Shown here: positions 12,744 through 24,500 of the stretch, piece by piece
Layout of the letters: each line of letters starts with the position of its first letter
Position numbering within the stretch: position 1 is the stretch's first letter
NCBI GenBank assembly: GCA_051294905.1
Contig: CM119372.1
Span: forward strand, 7,752,001-7,816,000
Length of the DNA stretch: 64,000 bases
Reading direction: 5' to 3'
Origin: Botryllus schlosseri
Lineage: Eukaryota
Notes under the pieces: model-generated
Seen by the model: the letters and a program-made list of their open reading frames with translations, nothing else
Told to the model about the DNA's origin: nothing
The model's database searches: none
Made by a program: the position numbers and the translations under genes

Positions 12744-13513
12744 TAGGGCGATATTTTTGACTTGTCAAAATTTTGTCAAAATGTAGCGTTAGGTCAAAAA
12801 ATAATTTAAAATTGTTTACAAATCAAAAATTTTTTGCAACCTGCATTTCGTTTGTATCGTAGATGTTTGCACTGTCGGTGAACTTATCATTTGACATTTT
12901 ACAGCTTGTGTTAGCCTACTTCATAGGCCTACCGTTGTAGACGGCCCATTATCTGTTCATGGTGAATCATCGACGGTCAAATGAAAAAAAATTGGTTGAC
13001 ATGGTGTTCTGCTCAACGTACCGCAATATCCTAACTGAAGCAAGACCGCGTGAACTTTGGTTCTTATATCAAAAAGCGCATGATAAAAATTGTGATGTAG
13101 AAAATATTGTCAGAATGAAGCAACACGGTGTGTCACCAGCAGCAATGTACGCACAACATTAGTGTTGCCAACCAACAACTACTGCTGTTGAACGTCCTTT
13201 CTCTATTCTCGGCAAGCTATGGCCTACTTAGTAAGGACAGACACTTTCTACCCGAGAATGTAGGAAACTATCTTTCGTTGTACTACAACAAATTTTAGTT
13301 ATTTCTACCATTATGGTGATGGCGTGATGTAACTACCGGAATTCTTCATAGGTTCTGATTTCATTAAAATAAAGTTTTTTCATGTAAACATTGTGGGAAA
13401 CACCTAATTTGCATACATGAGGTCAAAATCGAGTTTTTTGAGGTAAAAAAATGTCAAAATTTTGATTTTTAAGTGCAAAATTTCCCTTTTTTTTAGGTAA
13501 AAAAATCGCCCCA
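12744..13513 (+). mobile_element. Non-autonomous hAT element with transposase dimerisation-domain remnant
   Basis: TAGGGCGAT..ATCGCCC termini, GTCAAAA subterminal repeats, coding relic TTTAVERPFSILGK; paralogue at 25801-26975. Confidence 0.8.
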
Positions 13514-14022
13514 CGTATCATAAGCTTCGCTTCTTAGCATACCGCGCAGATTTTGCATTAGTTATTTCACAACATTCCGTTCACTCGTACGATTATATAG
13601 TATATTCATTCATTTTCTTCGCTTTATATGGCGCAATCGTAGATTGGTCTTTTGGTTGCGAACTCAGATACCACAATCTCTTTAATACCACCCAGCAGAA
13701 CAGAATCAGAGAGACGCTAACTACAGATAAGCAATAACATGTTGGCCCATGGCCTAAAAGATTTCCGCATGTTTGCGGGACATTACTTTATTTCCATGTC
13801 TACATGGTATTCAAGCTGTTCCTATAATTAAAAACCCGTTGATTCGTAAAATATATTTATTGAAATATGAAATAAAATGTGAAAACTCGAGAATATCAAC
13901 TCAAAACCTTCTACGAATTACGACTAGTTGGCAAGAAAATGTTTTGAACAGTTCAATCAAGCAGACGGCATCGTTATCTGTGCGCTGTATTCCAGAATCG
14001 ATCGATTTTAGCAGTTATCCAT

Positions 14023-14802
14023 CTAATCTTCAATATCCTGCAGCTCGTCTTTGTTTCTGTCGTCACTCTCGTGATCTTTCATATCCGACGTCCATAGAGT
14101 CAGATTGTCCCTCAAAAGTTGCAAAATTAAGGTAGCGTCTTTGTATTCGGACTCGTCCCGTTGTCCAACTTCACTTACGGCGTCTTCGAACGCGACTCTT
14201 GCTAATTTACAAGCCTTATCGGGAGCGTTAAGAATTTCATAGTAAAACACCGAGTAATTCAGGGCGAGCCCTAGCCTCACAGGATTGGTGACGGGGAGAT
14301 CCTTTATCGCCAAGTCGCTCGCTCGCTTGTACGCCTGTAAGCTGTCTTCGGCCGCTTTTTTGCGTTCGTCCCCTGCCTGGAATTCTGCCAGGTATCTTTT
14401 ATAATCCCCCTTCATTTTGTAATAAAATATGATCGCTTCCGCGCTAGTGCAATTTGGGATAAGACAGTCATCCAGTAGTTTCAAGAGATTGTCGCAGTGG
14501 TTTTTCAATTCGTTTTCGACTTCCCCAATGTAGGACCTTAAAATCGGCTCGTTTTTGCGGTCTTCCTCTCCGCTTTTTGCCGCAATAGCACTTAAGATAC
14601 GCCACGAGGCTCGGCGAGCTCCAACGACATTTTTGAAAGCAACCGAAAGAAGGTTTCTTTCTTCAACCGAAAGTTCAATTGTCGAGTCCTCGACAACTTT
14701 CGTGACATACATTGTCATCTCATCATAACGTTCGACCTGTTCCGCTAATTTTGAGTTATAGACATTGATGTCCCTTTCTGAAACTCCAGCAATCTCCGCC
14801 AT
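14023..14802 (-). CDS. YWHAE-like: 14-3-3 protein, divergent epsilon-like, intronless
   Basis: [85 protein letters not shown]. First ATG at 14802; the ORF-track start at 14862 is not ATG. Confidence 0.95.
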   Translation of the reverse strand: MAEIAGVSERDINVYNSKLAEQVERYDEMTMYVTKVVEDSTIELSVEERNLLSVAFKNVVGARRASWRILSAIAAKSGEEDRKNEPILRSYIGEVENELKNHCDNLLKLLDDCLIPNCTSAEAIIFYYKMKGDYKRYLAEFQAGDERKKAAEDSLQAYKRASDLAIKDLPVTNPVRLGLALNYSVFYYEILNAPDKACKLARVAFEDAVSEVGQRDESEYKDATLILQLLRDNLTLWTSDMKDHESDDRNKDELQDIED

Positions 14803-15185
14803 ATCTAGTGCCTGGCCAGCTATGCTTTCAATGTACGAATTTACAGGTCCTTTTTCAAACAAACAGAGGAAACGCGATACGAAACCACGCCATCACCGAG
14901 GTATCGCTTTGTTGTTAGTCACGCATCAGCGATTGTAGAGGTAACGGAATTTTTACGTCACAGTCTTTCGTGTTGTGCATGTTTGTGATGCAGTATAATG
15001 TAAAGAACGCTGGAGAATGTAATCGGTGTAAAGTGGATTTTGCTCCTGACTCGTTTATTTTCTCGTCTAAACGCATGTGTAAAAATTGCTGAGAAATGAA
15101 ATGATAGTAATTTGCAGAGCGCATGTCAACAATTTCAAGTAACAAGGTAAGCGATTTAGTAATATTTGTTGCTGAACATTAACTC

Positions 15186-15285
15186 TGGGCCCTGACGAGT
15201 GTCAGCCGAAAATATTCGGGTTCATTTCAATATGAATATACTATTCAATTGTATATTGAAGTTCTGTACCTCCAAGAAGCTCTTT
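15186..15285 (+). repeat. PLE-derived 3' repeat with intact hammerhead-like core
   Basis: CTGACGAGTGTCAGCCGAAAATATTCGGGTTCATTTCAATATGAATATACTATT, nearly identical to 1097-1155. Confidence 0.6.
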
Positions 15286-17548
15286 TTTGGAGACAGTGAT
15301 GCTGGTTACAATTTCATAATTATTGCTCAGTTCAATCCACGGAAGCAAAATATGCATATACTGATCAATCCGTATGGAATATTGATTAATTTTTTGAAAT
15401 AAATCCTGCGTGATGAGAGCTTTTCTGCATAGAATAATTAAGTAATTGAACAAAAAGTTCTGCGTGACGTTGCCACCAATTCTACTCTGACTGATCAAGA
15501 TCATGAAGTATTGTTTATGAATTCGCGTGGATTGGTATAGTTCTCATTGATCATGTAGAACACATACAGATTTTTGTCGCTTGCTTTTCTATATTATCTT
15601 CTTTTACTTTTAAGTGTGCATGCCTCCTCTTTACATCGGCTAGGCCAAGGTCGACCGTGTCTGACTTCAAGGACTGCTCAAAAGTCTTTTCGACACCTTC
15701 CTATTTTTTCATTGTGTTGCAATTTTTGTGGTGCACTGAACTGATAAAAATTGCTAATAAACCGAGCTAATGAACTAAAACTATATAGGTGTATTCCCTG
15801 TTCAGCTATATACGTTTAGCGTAATATATTTGGTGTGCTAAGACGGTTCTCAGTATCACACCTGATGTGTGTAGTCAGTAGAATCTTTGGTGTGCGTGTG
15901 CACAAGACACATATTCCATATTGGGCTATATATAGCTAACATAGGCCTACTATAGTTCCTGATGACTTTTTTGATTTTAATTGTGTTATGTGACTCGTAA
16001 ATATCGCCAATTGCCTGAAGTTGAATGTAAAGTATTGATATAACTATGAGACTACCTAAGCTTTATGAAAAAATGCACATAATAGTAAATTCATATAACC
16101 CATGGTAAAAATAGAATCAGTGTCCTGTGTCCAATTCACAGAATGGAACTCACCAATGCACATGATTGACAAGATTGCACGGGTGACCTGCACCTGCGAA
16201 CTGATATTAATGAATGTTGCCAATCTGAACTATGAAGAATGTAGGGTTTAGCAACTGTAACAGTACGTACTTTATTTATGTTATAAAGTTCACTATGAAG
16301 GCCTTGCAATTTCATCAAGCGTTGCTGGAGCATCAAACAGGAAAGTTGGTCCTTTTGTGCAAGAATTCGTCCTAGCTAACGACCATAATTTTGGATGTTA
16401 CTGAAATTCCAGCTCAGAACCATTAGCTCAGTTCAGCCTATTAGTTGCCGTTCCCATATAGGCCTATTTGATTGAGATTGCATGTGCATATTGTGCATTG
16501 TTCTTGTGCAATAAGATTGACTCTTTTTGACACCTGTATTTCACTAATCTACTCGCTCCTGATTAGCTGGTATCGCTTGCATATTATATTCAATTAATCG
16601 ATTAAGATAAGTTTTTTTTTTTCAAGATTCAAACAAGGATCCAACTGACTCTGGTACTATTTTGGTTGCATCCTAAAACCGATACACTTTGTTCTTATCC
16701 ATTCATTACGTGCAAATAGAATAAAGGGCGTTGGTTGAACTTATTAATTTAATGATTTGGTTTTAATCTGATTTTATAGTAAAGAATGTTTGTGAAAAAT
16801 ATTTGATTCCTTCAGAATATGTGCTAAACATTTTTTCTCAACAGAATCCGGATTTGACCTAGCATCCTAGAGTAGGCTAGACATTGTTAATATTTAACAT
16901 GGAGCCAAAATATGTTCCTGTCGAGTTTATAAGGTGGGACAAGTCCATGTTTCAGCATTCGGACTATCTGGATTGACAGGTTGACAGGTATGTTGACAAT
17001 TTTTTTCATATCTCTGTAACTAGTAGACCATTTGTGGCATGTGGCGACCATTGACAATTTTTGAATAATTATAATCATTGCTCATAATTGGTACCTTATT
17101 GAAAGCTATGGACGTTTTAGGGGTCGCAACATGAAAATTGATTACTGATTACCAACAAGCATCACACCTAAAGAGTATTTTTGCACACTGTATGTTAGGG
17201 TGTTGTGAATGTGAGGTACTGTGCAAATTTGCAGTAACTGCTGTCTGTTTTGGGTCAATTTTTGCGCATAGCTGTTGGTAATATGTTGTTTTTGCTTGAT
17301 TGATTATTGAATGTTTTCCCCGAATGATAAGAAAATAGCATGTGGATTTTCTTCGTTAAAAAATAATCATTTCTATAGGCATGTAAATAGTATCAATGCT
17401 TAACATACTACACAGCTCTTGTGTCTAACTGAGCGTTGATAAAGGAATGTTTGATGAATTAATGAATTTACTTGTCAATGTTTTAAGCATTAAACTTATG
17501 ATTCTCCTTCTTTAGAAATTGTGGAGGAAAATTCTGGAAAGAGGAAGC

Positions 17549-19806
17549 ATGTCACACCACGGTACAATATTTTTCATTTTTTGTCTATAGCAGTAAAACC
17601 AGAACATATTGTGTAGACAAGATATTTATATATGTGATGGATTGGAACTAGTGAAATGTGTAGGTGTTGACTTTCAGAGATGTATTGGATGCTAGTAGCA
17701 ATTTTATTGTCCTAGTAGTTTTGTTTATATCGCCGGTACCATACTGAAAAGGTGTTTTATCAAGTTATTACAATGAGAAACGCCCTCTTTTATTCTCAAC
17801 GCTTTGATCTCGCTTCTTAGCAACGCTGGCCATGTTGACGTTTCTATATTTTCTAAACACCTCTATTTATTACATGGTGTAGGATGTTAATATTCGTGAT
17901 CAATGATTAATTAAACACCCAAACAATCTTATAACTATCTTCATGTTCTCCACACGTGAGTGGGATGATGTTGTGGGAATATAGACTACCATACACCCAC
18001 ACCTGCGATTGGCTTTTCTCCCAAGTTTGGTTAGATCGCCTACCATAATTACTTGACATAAAGAAACACCTTATCTATTTAAGTACTCAGAAAAAAGGTT
18101 GTGTAAAATTAGCAATGTTAAGATATTTTCATTTTCGAACATTTGGTGTTAATTTCGATGAGAAGCGACTGAGCCATTGTGTTTTACATCCAAGTGCTTA
18201 CAACATGCTAATATGTGTCTTATGCATGTTGATGCAGTTGAACATGAGATACACGAGGCTGAAAGAGCTGTACATCAAGAGGAGCGACATCTTGAACATG
18301 AAGTTCAGCATGTAGAAAGAGAGATGCATACGCCCGGGCATCACATGCATGGTGTGGGTCACCCCGGCCATCACCCTCATCACCACCATCACAGCCATAG
18401 CCACAGCCATTCGAGTTCTAGCAGCTCGTCATCTTCCAGCTCGGATGAGGAATATGTAAGGGCAAGATGGTTTTATTCGGCCTGCGTGCAGATTTGTACT
18501 AACTACCAATCTAGTTGATTGACGGTCAACTAACCACTTTTTTTGAGTAGTTGTAGTCCTGCTTCTAGTTGCACATTCAAAAAATGTTGGTTGCCTAACA
18601 ACTAGAAAACACATCTCGTCGTTAGGGTTGGGCAAAATCGAGTCTCTTAGTGATTTGGCTCAGAATTAAGTATTAGGATTGGAGTCGAGTATTCGAGTAC
18701 CGCTCACTAGTGTTATGTGACAACAAATAATATAATGCCAGCTCTACATCACATTTGAGCTAATTTGGTGTTTTATCAACCATGCCGGTATTTGCGTTGG
18801 TTGATAATTACTTTTTCATTTCCACTATTGTCCGTACCAGTGTTGGGATCAAGTCACTACCTTCGAGTCAGGAGTCATTTCAAGTCATTGCACATTTTGA
18901 CTCGAGTCAAGTCAAGTCAATAGATTTTCGAAGGTGACTCGAGTCAAGTCAAGTCACTCGACTAGGTAATAATTGCATAGCCTCAGTGTATAGTTGTCAG
19001 CCTTGATAGAGAATAGAGAAACGAATTGATAAGATGCAATACCTTACCCATTTATACATATTGCTATGATACACTTCAAGTCTGCGCCAATGGTTGAGGA
19101 GTAAACAAACTATATTCGATTTCAATTTGAAAAAAACAAGAGGTTTGGGTAAGATAAGCACGGAGAACAGAAATATAAATTTACTATTAAATCACTTTAG
19201 TACTATGTTTCGACAACGTAAGCTGTAAGCTTCGATCAATTCGATTGTGGTCAATTTATTTATGAGAGAGCAATGCAGTCTCAGTAAAACACACGGTCAT
19301 TGAATGATTGGTCGCTTTCACGGGTTACACCAGTGTTTCGCGAACAATCCGAACATATGCAAGGCATACAGTGATTTTTATATCGACACTGATTAGTTGA
19401 TGATTTGAAATTGACTCGTGAATTTTGCTCCGAGTCACGAGTCAATCCATATTTCTGATACGTCGAGTCAAGTCAGGTCAAGTCATTTTAGCAAAGTGAC
19501 TCGAGTCAAGTCAAGTCATACGAAAAGGGTGACTCGAGTCATCCCAACACTGGTCCGTACATGTTTCGTATACTGCGATATGACCAATAGAGGTTTCGAG
19601 GCTTCCGCGGTTGAAAATACAATCATGACTATTTTCGTTGATAAATTAACTCTCTCCAGTAGTTTGTACAAGTCTACCTGCGTGCGTGGGTGAATGCTCG
19701 CACGATTTTCCCATGTCTGTCTTTATTTCAGCGGCATTTGTCAAAGCATGAGAGAAAAGAGCTGAAGAAGAAGAAGAAGCAGATGAAACATCATCACCAC
19801 CATTAA
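17549..19806 (+). CDS. Small histidine-rich protein, 101 aa, 3 coding exons (17549-17561, 18238-18455, 19732-19806)
   Basis: Phase-compatible GT-AG joins give MSHHVEHEIHEAERAVHQEERHLEHEVQHVEREMHTPGHHMHGVGHPGHHPHHHHHSHSHSH-S11-DEEYRHLSKHERKELKKKKKQMKHHHHH*. All three exons share the His bias. Confidence 0.75.
18838..19552. mobile_element. hAT-type MITE with GACTCGAGTC repeats
   Basis: TIR CAGTGTTGGGAT...ATCCCAACACTG; 8-bp TSD GTCCGTAC at 18830-18837 and 19553-19560; opposite-orientation relative at 9402-10674. Confidence 0.9.
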
Positions 19807-21595
19807 TGCGGTCGACCAACGTTCGAGTTGTAATTGAGTTACTAATTCTTATTATTTTCCGCTGATCATTCCCATCGCACATACACATTGTTTGTCCACG
19901 TTTGATTGAATTGATACAAATGCGTTCATTACGATGTTCATACTGACATCCAAACGGCTGCATGTTCAAGGAAGATTTGTCTTCATTTCTGATGCAGTAT
20001 TACTATACTTCACCTATACGGACCAAGCATATCTATCGGCAATTTTTGTGACGGCACTTTATGGTGGTAGGGAGTTGGACCAACAATCTGCTACTTCTAG
20101 ACTGGAAGTATTGATGTTTCTAGTAGCGTCACTTTGACCAAATGAAGCCTTTCCACTCTGCTACATGTCCAAGTATAGCAGTGGTTCTAAAGCTGTTTGA
20201 ATAAATACTCCGAGGTTTTGGAAATGCGCGTAAAGCTATGTTATATCTTTTGAAAACCAGCTGAATATGTCGGGGTTATTGGTGAAGGTTGTTGGTTTTA
20301 TTGGGATCGGTTTAAAAATCTAATATCTGTTGGATTCTAGTCTAGACACAATCCGTATCGCTTATTATCGAATGTGTTTCTTCATTATTGAAAACCAGGG
20401 TAAATGAACAGTGAACATTCTACTGGTGTTCGAATTTGTGTTTGAATTTTGTGAATGCTACATCAACGTTTTAAATTTTATGATACTACCTGCTACCTTC
20501 AAGACATTGTTGAACATTGTCCACGTGGACGTTCAGAATCTTAAGATAGAGACTTGGTACAGTTGATACATTTTTTGTAGCTTGCATAGAATTTAGCGTT
20601 CCGCGCAGTTATTTACTAGCAGTTGAAATTATGAGAGGGGAAAATGGTTTCCATACTCGCACTGATATAAAGCTGAGACTGGATGTTGTATATGATGAAC
20701 ATTTCAAGATCTTTTTAGCCTATGTTATTGGCGGGAAATACCGACAGTTACGTTTGTACTTGCCCTGAGTGATTAAAAATACTATTTCAATTCAGTGAAC
20801 ATAGCTTTCCAGGTGCTTTCGCTGAGTGGTGTATGGGTATTTAAAATACCACTGACTCTGTGAACATCATGGCTTTCAAACTCTTCAAAGGATGTAGAAG
20901 TGCAAAATGAAGACATGGGGATGTCTCGCTGGGAATATGTGGCCAAATTGTAGCTTAGATAGCATTCGCGAATAGACACAGCGGATCGAGAGTCATCACT
21001 TTAGATTACATGACGCGATTCGAATTTTTTGCTACTAATGTTGCAGCTTTTTTACGATGTTACAAGACAAGTCGACAGTAACATATCTCGTACTTCTGCG
21101 TGAATACTGGATACATCGATTGTTTTTTCCTACGTAGGAGTCGGCAATGGGGTAGTGTTATCCGCAGGTCGCGAATAAAAGATACACGCGGCTATATATC
21201 GCCGTTAACATTTTACTATATATACTGTTACCAGATTACTATAAAACACTAGTTGTGCCTTGTGCGTCCACCGGGGGAGTGTCATTCAACCGTGGCAGAG
21301 AAGGAAGTATCGTTGAGCGTGAGAGAGCTGCGCAGATCATTAGTGCGCCGACGCGCTTTGCATTGTGGGATTAGTCGAAATCTGTCGATCCGCCATGATG
21401 GACGCGAAAACAAGGGTCGAGCGGGAAGTGTCTGGTTGGGTTTTTCAGTGCTATGGCTGGATCTGAGGGCGCAGACAGAGAAGTTACGCCTATCGACAGG
21501 TGTAATACGCCTGTGCAGTTGACGAGAAGCGCAGAATTCGAAAGCGGCGTAGGTTTAAGGCGGAATAAGGCCGGGAAGGATACAGTACGACAGTC

Positions 21596-24500
21596 ATGAG
21601 TAAGCTTTCATTTCGGGCTCGTGCGCTGGACGCCACGAAGTCGATGCCCGTTTACCGCAAGGATGAAGTCGCTGACCTGCCGGACTACTCAGTATTGAAT
21701 CGAGCGGTGCCCCAAATGCCCACAGGAATGGAGAAAGAAGAAGAATCTGTAAGTTTGAATTCAAGGGCGTTACCGAAATTAGGCTGAAACTGCGTAAAAT
21801 CACCGCCGCTAGTTGGCGTCGTTGAGTGGACAAAGCGGGAACAGCATTATGCACGTGCCATGTGAACAGTTGAACAACAATGAACTGCTCCCGCGCAATA
21901 TTGTTTACATTATCCTCAATCTAAATTGTACTTTGAGTTGTTACCGATCAGCACACGTGACCATGAAGCGTTTTCAATTATGGGGTTTACTGTGCAGTGT
22001 GCACACTTGATTGAACTTTCGTCAACTCAAAACTGAATTTCATGGTCCAGCCGATTCCAGCGTATAACACTCGTTTATGGTCTGTTTATTATAGTTTCCT
22101 GATTCATTGATATTGTCATGCTAATAATATCTATATCTGTTCACCGCACCCCAAGTTTGTAGGGCTACCCCTATGTCCTTGGTCACACAGTAAGCTAGAT
22201 TCTAGTGTTCTTGGTGCCAACAGTCGATTACCAGTGAACTCGGCCCTCGGTGAATTCAGCCCTCAGGAAATTTTGTAATAAAGTGTATCAACAACTATTA
22301 ATTATTAAACTACTATTATTATCAAGTGATTGGTCAATCTCAGATAAGGAAGAATCACCTGGAATGTCAACGACCGATTTTGCTGCTTCGTTCTGCTTCG
22401 CTGAGGCTATATTCGGAATTATTTTGCGGCAGCGACTGTAGGATTTCTGGCAATTAAAAAGTTAGCCCATCTTCCAGAGGGCAGAATTTACTGAATCTGG
22501 TCTTGATCAAAAGCTACTGATTCCGAAACTACAAATGAAAATATGGTCCTCTTTTCAGACTTCCATAATATGGTAACCCTACATAATATGACTGGGGGAT
22601 ATTCACGTCAGGGCACCCTAATCTTGGGATACCCTAACTTGAACCCTAACCCATAACCATCCCGACTATCCCCTCCTCCAACCCTAATATCCCCCCTTCC
22701 CCAACACTACTGTCCCCTTCCCTAACCCGAATATCCTACTCCAACCCTAATGTCCCTCATCCCCTAATCTAGGGATACCTTAACCCCAACTTGGACCCTA
22801 ACCCACCACCAACCCTAATACTTCCCTCCCCTAACCCTAATGCCACTCCCAACCCTAATGTCCCCCAACCCTAATGCCACCCCAACCCTAATGTCCCCCT
22901 ACCCAACCATAAGACCCCACCCCAACCTACAGTTGCAATAACGAGCAGACCACGCGTGGTTGATATGTGAGCAATAACAAATCGTTGGGATATATATTTC
23001 ATCTGAACAAGTGACACACAATGTACAATGCGATAAGACCCAATGCGATGTCATGAACAGATACGAGGATGTCGCACGTCCGCCCCTCGCCAAGTCAACT
23101 CGACAATGAGCTGGTCACGCGTGGTCGATATGTGAACTTAGCGTTATCTCCCGCGCTTGGCGCTTGCGCAATCCGTGATCACGCCGTGACTGCGTGATCT
23201 ACGCATGCCCTGACCTCACAATATTGACAAATCAGTTGATAATAACATTAGTATAATAATTCATATTAATACTTGTTAATACACTTAATTACAAAATTTC
23301 CCGAGGGCCGAATTCACCGAGGGCCGAATTCACTGAGGGCCGAGTTCACAGGCAACCACAGTCAACAGTAATCCCCATGTCCCTCACACCTCCAAGCATC
23401 TATGACTCTGGTTAAGTTCACAATATGGTGTGGGATTTGTATTCGGTCTTTCATTCACCCCTTTGCTATATCATTTTAATCTAACATGTACGGTAGGGTG
23501 TAGTATTCGTATATGTGTGCTAGACCTGCTATTGGACGCTAGACTTCCGAAATGCGGGTAATCTGTCTGTTATCCACTCCGAGACAAGCATAGCTCACAG
23601 TACTAGGCTTATCATATTTTGGAAATCGAAAAAGAGGACACTTTTTCAGAAATTTGAGACTTGCAAAACCGGTCCACTCTGTTTTTCTCTCCACATTTCT
23701 AGGTGGATGACTAAAAAAAAGGTCATCTTTCCGCTCAGAGCTCAAAATACCGTTTTTCTCTACACATTGCTAGGTGGATGACTAGATAAAAAACATAAAG
23801 GTCATCTTTTCGCTCAGAGCTAAATTCGTCGTTTTTCACTCCGAAATACCTGCCGGAGCGTCACTTCTGTGCTAATTTATGGCATATCACTCGCAATTTC
23901 CTATAAATCTGACCTAAATTTTCAAAAAAGAGGACAAAATCTCAAAAAAGAGGACAAAAGGGCGTCCTCCGAGGACACTTTCAAAAGGAGGACGCTTTCA
24001 AAAAAGTCAAAAAAGAGGACAAATCCTCTTAAAAGAGGACGTATGGTAACCCTACACAGTACGCTCTGCTCAAACTCAAATTTTTGCCCCGCACAAAGGA
24101 GAGACATGGTTAGCCACAAATCTTCACCCAGATCTGTTACATCATGACAAATTGTTGTCATCTAAGTGCAACAGCACAATTATTCCGTACCGTTCAAAAC
24201 TAACTTGATGACAACACATTGAGGGGGCATACAAATCCATTCTGATGAAGCAATGCTGTGACGTGGGTAGATGTAATTATAACGGTGTTGTTTTGCTGTG
24301 CTCGTAGGTAGCAATTTAGCAACTGGTCATGAGCGACGCATCAATCGAAAAAGAAAATAACTTCCCTTGGAATTAGCTGTGCACGATTCAGCACAACATA
24401 TGAATTGGCGCCAGGTGCGGGTTTTGAAATATATGGGAGATATTTAGATTTTTCCGAATTTACTAATATAACATCAAATCATTAGGGTTGAGTGCATGCG

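Noticed and set aside
22620..22930. Interstitial telomere or chromosome-fusion relic
   Set aside because: The CCCTAA units are degenerate, interspersed, and internal to a TIR element present twice in the window.
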